The position numbers were made by a program, and so were the translations under genes. The notes beneath the pieces were generated by a model. That model was not told where the DNA came from. It made no database searches and saw only the letters and a list, made by a program, of their open reading frames with translations. Source: Anolis carolinensis (Eukaryota). Taken from it: a DNA stretch of 64,000 nt. Below, piece by piece: positions 1-10,815 of this stretch. Location of the stretch: contig NW_026943823.1 in assembly GCF_035594765.1 (NCBI RefSeq), forward strand, positions 20,893,842 to 20,957,841. The letters run 5' to 3'. Position 1 is the first letter of the stretch. Each line of letters starts with the position of its first letter.

Positions 1-527
1 TTCCAAAGCAGAATAGAGGGGCTGCATGACTTCCCTGGATCTAGACGCTATTCCCCTATTTATGCAGGCCAGAATCCCATTGGCTTTTTTCGCCGCCACA
101 TCACATTGTAGGCTCATGTTTAACTTGTTGTCCACGAGGACTCCAGGTTTTTTTCATACGTACAGCAGTCGAGCCAGGCATCGTCCCCCATTCTGTATCT
201 ATGCATTCCATTTTTTCTGCCGAAGTGGAGTATCTTGCATTTGTCCCTGTTGAACTTCATTTTGTTAGTTTCAGCCCATCTCTCTAATCTGTTAAAATGG
301 TTTTGGGTTCTGCTCCTGTCTTCTGGAGTGTTAGCTATCCCTCCCAACTTGGTGTCGTCTGCAAACTTGATGATCGTCCCTTCATCTAAGTCGTTAATAA
401 AGATCCTGAACAGAACCGGGCCCAGGACGGAACCCTGCTGATGGCACTCCACTCGTGACTTCTTTCCAAGATGACGACACATTGGTGAGCACCCTTTGGG
501 TTCGTTCGCTCAGCCAATTACAGATCC
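1..527 (-). mobile_element. CR1 LINE RT fragment
   Basis: ORF 120-482: QGSVLGPVLF..FINDLDEG..KFADDTKLGG...MKFNRDKCKILH. Confidence 0.9.
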
Positions 528-937
528 CTCCTTCACTTTTATTCCCATCTCAATGAACTAAAGTTTAGCCAACTGGCTGTGAAGCTTGAAGTCATAATGC
601 TCTCCTTCAAAAACACAATTATGTCCTGTTCAGCACTTGGTCTTTCCCAACTGCTTCGTTCAGCAAGACAAGCTTGCCTTCCTTTGCCCGAGGAGAGGGT
701 GTCTCTTCCGCTGTTGTGCCACAACCCACTGCTGATGCAAAGGCCACACTCATTCATTCGTCTATACTGTACATTTACACTACAAGGACAATTTAATTAG
801 AAACTCTTTGCACTGTCTTTTGGCTTATAGACAATCCAAATGGTACAAATAAGCAACGTCAGCACCAGCATGGCTCCAACGGGGCCAAACAACCCAGCAT
901 TATATTTCAAGGCAGGGGAAAGATGATCACCCAGATA

Positions 938-1357
938 CCGTGTTTCCCCGAAAATAAGACAGTGTCTTATATTAATTTTTGCTCCCAAAGATGTGCTAGG
1001 TCTTATTTTCAGGGGATGTCTTATTTTTCCATGAAGAAGAATTCACATTTATTGTTGAACAAAAAAATGAACATTTATTATATACTGTACAGTAGTTGTC
1101 ATCACAAACCAGCATAACCAGACAAACTGTGAATCCTATCAAGAATTTCTTGTTACTACCATTATTTCCATGTACAATTGGTATGTACATTTACCAATCC
1201 TGCATGCTCTGGTGTTCTGTTTGGCAGGCGCTGGGCATGCTTCCAAACAAAAACTTTGCTAGGTCTTACTTTCGGGGGAGGCCTTATATTTAGCAATTCA
1301 GCAAAACTTCTGCTAGGTCTTATTTTTCGGGGATGTCTTATTTTCAGGGAAACAGGG
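938..1357. mobile_element. Tc1/mariner (Tigger-like) non-autonomous element
   Basis: TIRs CCGTGTTTCCCCGAAAATAAGAC / GTCTTATTTTCAGGGAAACAGGG, flanked by TA. Confidence 0.85.
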
Positions 1358-1634
1358 TATTATTGGGGAGGAAAGTCCCATCAGTCCAAAGTGCTACAAG
1401 GAGAAGGAGTATTTTCTATTTCAACAGCCCAACCCTGTTGTGTTATTACTTTGTACTATGGCCCTTGGCAGAACAGGACTTATTCCAAGTCAGTCTGCAG
1501 AGCAATGAGACCTTAAGAACAATCTAGGCACCAAAACTGCGCATAACATAATTCAACAAAGCAGGAAGGAACTTCATGTGCAAGAGAAAGGGAGGGAAAA
1601 GATGGCTTCCTCTCCCATTTTTTAGTCTTCAGAT

Positions 1635-1717
1635 CAGGCATAGGCAAACTTGGGGCCTCCAGGTGTTTTGGACTTCAACTCCCACAATTCCTAACAGCCA
1701 AAGTTGGCACATGCCTG
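1635..1717. mobile_element. hAT MITE
   Basis: TIR CAGGCAT...ATGCCTG with 8-bp TSD CTTCAGAT on both sides; related copies at 43602-43787 and 59287-59423. Confidence 0.85.
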
Positions 1718-2099
1718 CTTCAGATAATTCCCATGCTCACAGATTCCAAGGAAACTCGCGGTTTAAAACATATACAGCACAACAATCTCCTAAATTCTTC
1801 TAAACTCTTTGTTGTGGGAGGGGCTGCAGACTATGTGACCAGGTCTGGGCTTGTATTTATCTATAAATACTGCAAATAAATAAATAAATAAATGTATCCT
1901 CGATTAACCCAAGCCATCAAAAGAAAGGCTGCAACAGGGAAACTCCATTTTACATCTCTTCCAGAAAGTGTTCAAAAGTTATATGAATCACTAGGGGAAA
2001 AGAAGTCTATAACAGAGGGAAAGCCACAGACAATAATACCATTTTCACATCTTCTCCGCCCGAACTCAGCACATCGTCAGCAGTAATATTTTTGGAAAA

Positions 2100-2830
2100 T
2101 TGAAATCTCCATATCCTTTTGGAGACTTTCTGATTTTTGAAAAGGTATGACCTTGTTAAAAGTTGTAACCTCATGAAAAATTACAACGTAACCTCTTGGT
2201 AAAAGCATGGCCTGTTAGAATCATAACTTTTTGGGAAAATGGCTTTCATGCAAAGCAATCGGGTTTCTCAGCTGTTAGACTGATAAACATATTTAGTTCT
2301 GTTAGGAACAAAGATATACCAATGCACAGAAACATATAATATATATAGCAGAATTTCAGAAGTGTTCCTTTAAGTTGCCCAAAAATATCTACTCTCTCTT
2401 AAAATATATTTGCCTTTAAATCATGCTCTCAAGAGACAAAAATAAGCAGAATTCTTTAAAAGTAACATAGTTGGTTTGCTCACAAACTTCATGTATTCAG
2501 CATACAGGTACTTTGCTTATAAATCCAGTTAAAGATAGGTTTTGAAGTAGTTTCTCTGTGTAGGTAACACAGGGTATCTTTCTTAGAATCAACAGTCCAT
2601 AGTCCAAAGCATCTCTCTGTTCTGAGAGTCTAATAGAGTCTCTGTCTAGTCTGAACATCCAATGGAGTCTGATGCCTTCTGTACAGCATGTTGTTCCTAC
2701 AGACTTCTAAAAGCATGCTGTTCCTACTGAAGTCTAAAAGCATACATCTAAAATGGAGTCTGAGTCCTGAACAAGCCCGCAACAAACAAGCCCACAACAA
2801 AGAGTTAAAGAAAAATGGCTAACCAACACA
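2100..2830. repeat. Unclassified interspersed repeat, possibly an LTR remnant
   Basis: Colinear similarity to 24560-25250 (shared CTCAAGAGACAAAAAT, GTTAGACTGA and TTCAGCA...CAGGTAC) and weaker similarity to ~26020-26510. Confidence 0.5.
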
Positions 2831-2867
2831 CACATACACTAAGTAATCTGCATTATATACATAACAA

Positions 2868-3424
2868 CTAGCTGTGCCCAGCCACGCGTTGCTGTGGCGA
2901 AGTCTGGTGGTATGGGAAATAAAGTATTGAGGAATTGGTGGTAGTTAAGGTAAAGGGTAAAGGTTTTCTTCTGACATTAAGTCCAGTTGTGTCCGACTGC
3001 ACACTGAAGTGGATTATATGGCAGTGTGGAGTCAAGATAATCCAGTTCAAAGCAAATAATATAAGATTATAAATGGGTTATATAGCTGTGTGGAAGGGCC
3101 TTGAGTCTACACTGCCATATAATCCAGTTAAAATCTGATAATCTGTGGAAGAGGCCTAAGTGAGGCCTAACTGTGCCTGTCCCCTGGGCTGAGTAGGTTG
3201 CTAGGAGACCAAGTGGGCAGAGCTTAGCCTTCTAACTGGCAGCAATTGGATAAAAAACAATTATTCATCTCCCTCTAATTAGGACTTTATTTTTCTTTTC
3301 TTTTTGTTGTATGAACGTAGAGGCATGGATGAGGGGTTGTGCTGCCAAGTTTAGTGTTTCTGGGATGTGTAGTTTTGTTGTTTTGTCCTAGGCCGAAATG
3401 TCATTACCCTTTTATATATACAGA
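2868..3424 (-). mobile_element. Non-autonomous Helitron
   Basis: Minus strand: A|TC...GCCACAGCAACGCGTGGC hairpin...CTAG|T; inserted in an AT dinucleotide with no TSD. Confidence 0.8.
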
Positions 3425-3964
3425 TTAACTAGTGGAGGCTTGAGATGGTTGCTATTTCCAACAAATATGCATTTCCCGGAAAGGATTGAAATCAGAAAAA
3501 CAACAAAGTTGTTTAAATTAATAGAGTTGGACACACAATGGCATCAAAGTGGAACAATAGCATCCACTTCCTTGGAACTAACCAAAGAAAAAGAGCATCC
3601 AAAGCCAACATGGATAGATTACTTCTATAAAGGCAGCAGATGGGGAGAACCTTCATAAATATATTTCCGACCTGGGCAGAAGGTCCTGCGGGGGGTTGAG
3701 TGTAATATATACTTAGCATTTATTCACCTCTCCTATTAAAAGGAACCAAATAAATGAGGATGGTCGTTTAAATGCAATAGTTGCAAAACACACAGCACTT
3801 CCCTGTAATTAAACTTAATGAGATCAAATAAGTGCCTAGCCACAAAGAATCAAGTCTCAAACGTGATGCAACAGTTCACCTGAAAGATTCCCTTGAGCAA
3901 CTCTCAAATAGGCTCAAAAGAGAAGAGAAAGAAACAAGCAGAAAGCTCTGTTCATGCTTCTTGA

Positions 3965-4805
3965 ATCTGGGTGGCTGTGAGTTTTCTGGGCTGTATGGCC
4001 ATGTTCCAGAAGCATTCTCTCCTGACGTTTCGCCCACATCTATGTCAGGCATCCTCAGAGGTTGTGAGGTCTGTTGGAAACTAGGCAAGTGGGGTTTATA
4101 TATCTGTGGAATAATGTCCAGGGTGGGAGAAAGAACTCTTGTCTGCCTGAGGCACGTGTGAATGTTGAATTGGCCACTTTGATTAGCATTTAATGGCCTT
4201 GCAGATGCAAAGCCTGGAGGAACCCTTTGTTAGGAGGTTAGCTGGCCCTGATTGTTTCCTGTCTGAAAATGCTGGACCATTCTAACAACCACTATGTCAG
4301 ACGACACAGAGAAGCCATTCAAATCCACAAGAAGCTTGTGAACAATTTGAACAGAAAGGAGAAAACCATGAAATTGAACAAAATCTGACTATCAGTATTA
4401 AAAACTCTAAAATCAGGACAGTAAATAAAGAACACCGGTCAGAAGACAGGGGAATATCAGACAGGAAATGATCAGGGCTAGTTAACACCTCCCAACAAAG
4501 GATTCCAAGCAGGAAGCAACCAGGCTTTGAAGCTGCAAGGCCATTCAATGCTAATCAAGCTGGCCAATTGCAACCTGCACACTTGACTCAAGCAAACAAG
4601 AGTTTTTTTCTCCTACCCTAGACATTATTCCACAGATACATAAACCCCACTTGCCTAGTTTCCAACAGACCTCACAACCTCTGTGGATACCTGCCATAAA
4701 TGTGGTTGAAACGTCAGGAGAGAATGCTTCTGGAACATGGCCATACAGCCCAGAAAACTCACAGCAACCCAGTGATTCCGGCCGTGAAAGCCTTCAACAA
4801 CACTT
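3965..4805. mobile_element. Penelope-like element: inverted pLTR plus GIY-YIG 3' fragment
   Basis: pLTR on the minus strand ~3965-4265 and on the plus strand ~4620-4803; internal degenerate GIY-YIG C-terminus (HREAI...NNLNRKE). Confidence 0.85.
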
Positions 4806-5449
4806 CTTGAATCTTTCAGAGTTTTAGAAAAAGTAACCACATTTAAAAAACACCAAATGCACTGCCTTACTATGAGTATTACATTTAATCCTTCAGTCAA
4901 CTATGCCATGACACTCTTGTTCAGGGCTACAGCAAATGAATGTATTGGAATTGTATTTGCATCAAGATAGATAGGGAATAGTATCAAGAGGCAATGTAAT
5001 GGAAAGAGAAAACCACAAGACAAAACCAGCAAGAACGGGGCCGTGGACTATTTGCAAATGACTTCCTCGAAACGGATTCAAAGAGCAACGTTTTAATCTC
5101 TGAACATCAGAGACATCACACAGTCTTTATCACAAATGTCTCTGGACACAGAAGGTATGAAAACAACCTGCTGTATTTGAGAGATAGCAGGAAGAAAAGG
5201 AGAAGTCCGACGTAGGTTTGCAGAAGCAATTTGCACGTCTTTGGCTCCCGGCCGGTGCTTCAGTCTGGACAATCATTTCCGTTCATATTGTTTCAGCACC
5301 AGCGTCTCTGAAGTGTCCAACCAAAGTTCACCACAAGATACAGAACACCAGTCCCATGACCATCCACAACGTTGCAAGCAAATGACTAGACTATGCAAGA
5401 AAACTATAAAACAAAGTGAACCTGAGGTTCCGATGGTCTTTCATCCTAT

Positions 5450-5635
5450 CTGATGCAGCAGTGCTTGTAAGTCGGAGCACGGTCCAGAATGAATTCCAAG
5501 TATTTGGGTGTGCTGCAATACTCCAGTGGGATTCCTTCCCAGATCATCCTCAGAGCTCAAGATGCTTGTCTGTCCTTAAGGTGAAAGGCACACGTCTGCA
5601 TTTTAGGTAGATAAGGAATCAGCTGGTTTTCCCAG
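5450..5635 (-). mobile_element. Vingi / I-group LINE RT fragment
   Basis: Minus-strand translation ENQLIPYLPKMQTCAFHLKDRQAS*ALRMIWEGIPLEYCSTPKYLEFILDRAPTYKH (PKYLG.LDR motif). Confidence 0.7.
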
Positions 5636-5640
5636 TAATA

Positions 5641-5712
5641 TTTATTTATTTTATTTCTCGCATTTATATCCTGCCCTTCTCACCCGAAGGGACTCAGGGC
5701 GGCTTACAACAG
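5641..5712 (-). mobile_element. L2-like LINE 3' end (dispersed family)
   Basis: TTTATATCC.GCCCTTCTC.CC.AAGGGACTCAGGGCGGCTTAC; further copies near 7800, 8420, 8775, 11495, 12615, 13945, 16340, 17935, 32055, 35515 and 56835. Confidence 0.6.
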
Positions 5713-5857
5713 TGGCAACAATTAGATGCCCATACAACCAATATAAAACCGTACATAAAATAGTTTAAACTATTAAAATACATTATGAATTAAAAATATA
5801 CATTTCAAACACAAAATCAGATCCATTCTTCTTCATGCTTTGTCCATAGTTCAGTCT

Positions 5858-6385
5858 GTAAGAGCACCTAAAGCTTCAGTCCATAAGAACACCTAAATAG
5901 GCAGTAAGAGCACCTAAAGCTTCAGTCCATAAGAACACCTAAATAGGCAGTAAGAGCACCTAAAGCTTCAGTCCATAAGAACACCTAAATAGGCAGTAAG
6001 AGCACCTAAAGCTTCAGTCCATAAGAACACCTAAATAGGCAGTAAGAGCACCTAAAGCTTCAGTCCATAAGAACACCTAAATAGGCAGTAAGAGCACCTA
6101 AAGCTTCAGTCCATAAGAACACCTAAATAGGCAGTAAGAGCACCTAAAGCTTCAGTCCATAAGAACACCTAAATAGGCAGTAAGAGCACCTAAAGCTTCA
6201 GTCCATAAGAACACCTAAATAGGCAGTAAGAGCACCTAAAGCTTCAGTCCATAAGAACACCTAAATAGGCAGTAAGAGCACCTAAAGCTTCAGTCCATAA
6301 GAACACCTAAATAGGCAGTAAGATCACCTAAAGCTTCAGTCCGTAAGAACACCTAAATAGGCAGTAAGAGCACCTAAAGCTTCAG
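5858..6385. repeat. 46-bp minisatellite, 11.5 copies
   Basis: Unit GTAAGAGCACCTAAAGCTTCAGTCCATAAGAACACCTAAATAGGCA; only copy 11 differs (2 substitutions). Confidence 0.97.
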
Positions 6386-6548
6386 AGAGCTTCTGCTCAA
6401 TGCCTCCCCTATGGCATACTTAACAAATCTAGAGATACTCAATTATCAGAAGGCCTTCACCTTGGCTTGATGTCACACCCTTCCAGCAGTTGTAATCGAG
6501 GGCCAATATCGGAAGACCCCCTACCCAGAGAAACTCTGTCCCTGTACA
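6386..6548 (+). mobile_element. Degenerate LINE ORF2 C-terminal fragment
   Basis: Translates as MAYLTNLEILNYQKAFTLA*CHTLPAVVIEGQYRKTPYPEKLCPC, resembling the LINE C-terminal Zn-finger-proximal motif. Confidence 0.55.
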
Positions 6549-6617
6549 TTGTTTTTAAATGAATAATTAATAATCACACAGCGACAGCAATAATAATTAT
6601 CTACAAATTGCAGTAAG

Positions 6618-6950
6618 AATGTGTTCTCGAAGGCTTTCATAGACAGAATCACTGGGTTGCTGGGAGTTTTCTGGGATGTATGGCTATGTTCCAGAAGCAT
6701 TCTCTCCTGACATTTCACCCACATCTATGGCAGGCATCCTCAGAGGTTGTGAGGTCTGTTGGAAACTACGCAAGTGGGGTTTATATATCCGTGGAAAGCC
6801 CAGGTTGGGAGAAAGAACGCTTGCTTAAGGGAATCCTTTGTTGGGAGGTGTTCTTACCAGACATTAAGGGAACCACTGACTGCAGACAGAAGATTATTAA
6901 GAAACACAACCGACAAACTATCTACAGGCCCACTAAGAAAATCCAACAGA
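6618..6950. mobile_element. Penelope-like fragments
   Basis: Minus-strand pLTR 6620-6850, then plus-strand IKGTTD...KKHN.QTIYRPTKKIQQ, which resumes at ~7505 after a MITE. Confidence 0.75.
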
Positions 6951-7100
6951 AGTTAAAGTCAGATGGAAGTCAACAATTTTCTGTATTTTTATTTATATAT
7001 AAAAATAATCATTTATTTTTATTTTTTTCTATTTCACTCTTATTTCCTACTTTCTACTAATAAGGAATGTTCTCCCACTTTCAATGTGAAAACTTTATTG

Positions 7101-7422
7101 CAGTAGAGTCTCACTTATCCAAGCCTCGCTTATCCAACGTTCTGGATTATCCAACGCATTTTTGTAGTCAATGTTTTCAATATATCGTGATATTTTGGTG
7201 CTAAATTTGTAAATACAGCAAATACAACATAACATTACTGCGTATTGAACTACTTTTTCTGTCAAATTTGTTGCATAACATGATGTTTTGGTACTTAATT
7301 TTAAAATCATAACCTAATTTGATGTTTAACAGGCTTTTCCTTAATCTCTCCTTATTATCCAACATATTCGCGTATCCAACATTCTGCCGGCCCGTTTACG
7401 TTGGATAAGCGAGACTCTACTG
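7101..7422. mobile_element. Tc1/mariner MITE (~320 bp family)
   Basis: TIR CAGTAGAGTCTCACTTATCCAA; other copies at 9352-9998 (nested copy 9564-9884), ~13640-13896, 14194-14516, 15857-16164, 18770-19092, ~35183-35509 and 58872-59220, mostly TA-flanked. Confidence 0.9.
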
Positions 7423-7888
7423 TACTTGCAAATATATAATCTTTATTTTTTCTTTTTCTCTTCTTCTATCTTCAAAAATAAAATTTCCAATAAAAATATA
7501 ATTAAAAAAAAGAAAATCCAATAGAAGTTACGTTCAGCAAAGGACAAGAGAGATCCTCTCACCTCTGCAGAAGTCTACTGTATACCATGGTTGCCTAGAA
7601 GCATCCTTTGTTTGGGAGATGTTAACTGGCACTTGATTGTTTGCTGTTTGGAATTCCCGTTTCCGACTTGTGTTCTACAAACGGTCTATAGCTTCAATAA
7701 GAAAATTCAACAAATGCTACATTCACCAAAGAATAAGAGGGATCCTCTCACCTCTGCAGGAGTCTATTATTATTAATATTATTATCATCATCATCATCAT
7801 CTTTATTTATATCCCACCATACTCCCCATGGGGACTCAAGGCGGCTAACATTTATCCACACTAATAATAATAATAACAACAACACAAT

Positions 7889-8272
7889 AGACATCACAGT
7901 TGTGGAAAAGAAAAAGGTTTGGATCATTGATGTCGCCATCCCAGGTGACAGTTGCATTGACGAAAAACAACAGGAAAAACTCAGCTACTATCAAGACCTC
8001 AAGATTGAACTTCAAAGACTCTGGCAGAAACCAGTGCAGGTGGTCCCAGTGGTGATGGGCACATTGGGTGCCGTGCCAAAAGATCTCAGCCGGCATTTGG
8101 AAACAATAGACATTGACAAAATTAAGATCTGCCAGCTGCAAAAGGCCACATTGCTAGGATCTACGTGCATCATCCGAAAATACATCACATAGTCCTACAC
8201 ACTTGGGAAGCGTTCAACTTGTGATTTTGTGATACGAAATCCAGCATATCTATCTTGTTTGCTGTGTCGTAC

Positions 8273-8313
<41 letters not shown>

Positions 8314-8402
8314 ATCACACAGTCCTAGACACTTGGGAAGTGTTCGACTTGTGATTTTGTGATACGAAATCCAGCATATCTATCTTGTTTGCTGTGTCAT
8401 AC
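7889..8402 (+). mobile_element. R4/Dong-clade non-LTR retrotransposon 3' ends (two in tandem) in a (TAA)n tract
   Basis: ORF 7902-8192: restriction-like endonuclease VWIIDVAIPGD...EKLSYYQDL...VPVVMGTLG...QLQKATLLGS; flanked by TAA repeats; 3'UTR repeated at 8311-8402 and inverted at ~11566-11634. Confidence 0.85.
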
Positions 8403-9351
8403 AATAAAATAATAATACATTCTTTCTCCCCGAAGGGACTTGGGGCGATTTACATGGGGACGAGGCCCAAGGAACAAGAAGTTCAACATACAATTAAAAA
8501 CACAACACAAACTACAAGATTAAAATGCATAACAACAAAATAATGAAAACATCTTAAAATAGATCAACAATATCATCACTGTAGGACAAAAGTGGAACTA
8601 TTCAAATTGCATGGGAAATGCAAACCTGTGGCCTATGGTGCTTGACTACGGATTGGGATTATTGTCTATGTTTTAAGTTATTTTAACTTTTGTGAGAAGT
8701 TTTATTATATTGTGATTTTATTGTGTTACTGTTTTTATTGATGTACCGGTAATATTGTTTTGGGCTTGTCCCAATGTAAGCCGCCCCGAGTCCTTCGGGA
8801 GATGGAGCGGGGTATAAATAAAGTTATATTATTATTACCTGGACACAACATATTATTGGTGAACACAGAAATGCTGGACCACTCTCACAACTAAGATGTC
8901 AGACGACACAGAGAAGCCACTGAAATCCACAAGCATGTGGACAATTTCAATACAAAGGAGGAAACATTAAAAATGAGCTCCTAGTATTAAAAAAAACTAT
9001 ACAATCAGGACAGTAAATAAAGAACAACACTCCACAAACAGGGGAATTCCAGACAAGAAACAATCAAGGCCAGCTAATCACCTCCCAACAAAGGATTATT
9101 CCCCCAGGCAAGAAGAAGCCAGGCTTTGAAGCTGCAAGGCCATTCAATGCTAATCAAGGTGGCCAATATTATCATTACTGTGTTATTATTAAATGAGCAA
9201 TTAATAGTATTATTACAACTGTATTTTTAAGTGACTAATTAGTAATACAGTAATAATATTACTGCGTTTTTAAGTGAATCATTAATAATAACACATAAAT
9301 AATCTTACTGCATTACTATTGTTATTATTACATGAAGAGCACTAACAATTA

Positions 9352-9998
9352 CAGTAGAGTCTCACTTATCCAACATAAACGGGGCGGCAGAACGTTGGAT
9401 AAATGAATATGTTGGATAATAAGGCGGGATAAAGGAAAAGCCTATTAAACATCAAATTAGGTTATGATTTTACAAATAAAGCACACCAAAACATCATGTT
9501 ATACGACAAATTTGACAGAAAAAGTAGTTCAATACGCAGTAATGTTGCGTTGTAATTACTGTACAGTAGTCTCACTTATCCAAGCCTCACTTATCCAAGT
9601 TTCTGGATTATCCAAGCCATTTTTGTAGTCAATATTTTCAATATATCGTGATATTTTGGTGCTAAATTTGTAAATACAGTAATTACAACTTAACATTACT
9701 GTGTATTGAACTGCTTTTTATGTTAAATTTGTTGTAAAACATGATGTTTTGATGCTTAATTTGTAAAATCATAACCTAATTTGATGTTTAATAGGCTTTT
9801 CCTTAATCCCTCCTTATTATCCAAGATATTCACTTGTCCAAGCTTCTGCCTGCCCTTTTAGCTTGGTTAAGTCAGACTCTACTGTATTTAAGAATTTAGC
9901 ACCAAAATATCATGATATATTGAAAAACATTGTCTACAAAAATGCCTTGGATAATCCAGAACCTTGGATAAGCGAGTCTTTGATAAGTGAGACTACTG
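9352..9998. mobile_element. Mariner MITE with a second copy nested in opposite orientation (9564-9884)
   Basis: Outer and inner TIR pairs, each with TA flanks. Confidence 0.88.
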
Positions 9999-10348
9999 TA
10001 TTTAAAAAAAAACCTCTAAAATCAGGACAGTAAATAAAGAACAACACTCCACAAACAGGGGAATTCCAGACAAGAAATAATCAGGGCCAGCTAATCACCT
10101 CCCAACAAAGGATTCCCCCAGGCAAGAAGCAGCCAGGCTTTGAAGCTGCAAGGCCATTCAATGCTAATCAAGATGGCCAATATTATTATTACTGTGTTAT
10201 TATTAAATGAGCAATTAATAGTATTATTACAACTGTATTTTTAAGCGACTAATTAATAATACAGTAATAATATTACTTCGTTTTTAAGTGAATCATTAAT
10301 AATAACATAGAAATAATCTTACTGCATTACTACTGTTATTACATGAAG

Positions 10349-10486
10349 TAAAAAAAAAGGTAAGGGTGTTCCCCTGACGTTAAGTCCAGTCGTGACCGAC
10401 TCTGGGGGTTGGGTGCTCATCTCCATTTCTAAGCCGAAGAGCCGGCGTTGTCCATAGATACCTCCAGGTCATGTGGCCGGCATGAC
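10349..10486 (-). mobile_element. Sauria SINE 3' fragment
   Basis: AAAGGTAAGGG..CCCCTGACGTTAAGTCCAGTCGTGACCGACTCTGGGGG...; 9-bp TSD TACATGAAG at 10340-10348 and 10487-10495. Confidence 0.85.
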
Positions 10487-10510
10487 TACATGAAGAGCAA
10501 TAACAATTAC

Positions 10511-10815
10511 CTACAAACAGCACCAAGAGCGTATGAGGAATTAAAGGGGAAGAAAGCCTTCACTTCCGATTTGGAATATGGACCAAGAAACTGCTTCCTT
10601 ACTTCCGGTTTGCTCCGCGGCCTCCAAGACGTCCTTCCTCTTCGGCGTCCTTCTCTTTCTGAGGCGAAGAAAAGCCTCCCTCATTCAGGCCACGCCCCCT
10701 CCTCTTCGGCCACGCCCCCTCCTCTTCGGCCACGCCCCCTCCACACGACTGTTGCTACACTCCCAGGACGTCATCACATAAATAGGAGGCGCGCATGCGC
10801 TCATTGACTACTCGG
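10511..10815 (-). promoter_or_regulatory. CpG promoter and probable non-coding first exon of the next minus-strand gene (probably ATP7A by synteny)
   Basis: CpG-rich island with 3 tandem 20-bp GC/KLF boxes (10688-10742), NRF1 palindrome GCGCATGCGC 10791-10800 and CRE-like GACGTCA 10767-10773. Candidate minus-strand donors: GAA|GTAAGG at 10603/10602 and TAG|GTAATT at 10511/10510. No ATP7A coding exon seen in the window, so the identity is inferred. Confidence 0.55.

Noticed and set aside
797-988. Minus-strand ORF ending in a TM-like segment (GAMLVLTLLICTIWIVYK)
   Set aside because: Its 5' part lies in a MITE TIR, no AG acceptor precedes the hydrophobic part, and I recognise no family
5858-6385. 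CRISPR-like repeat/spacer appearance
   Set aside because: The apparent spacers are identical in every unit, the context is eukaryotic and there are no cas genes; it is a minisatellite
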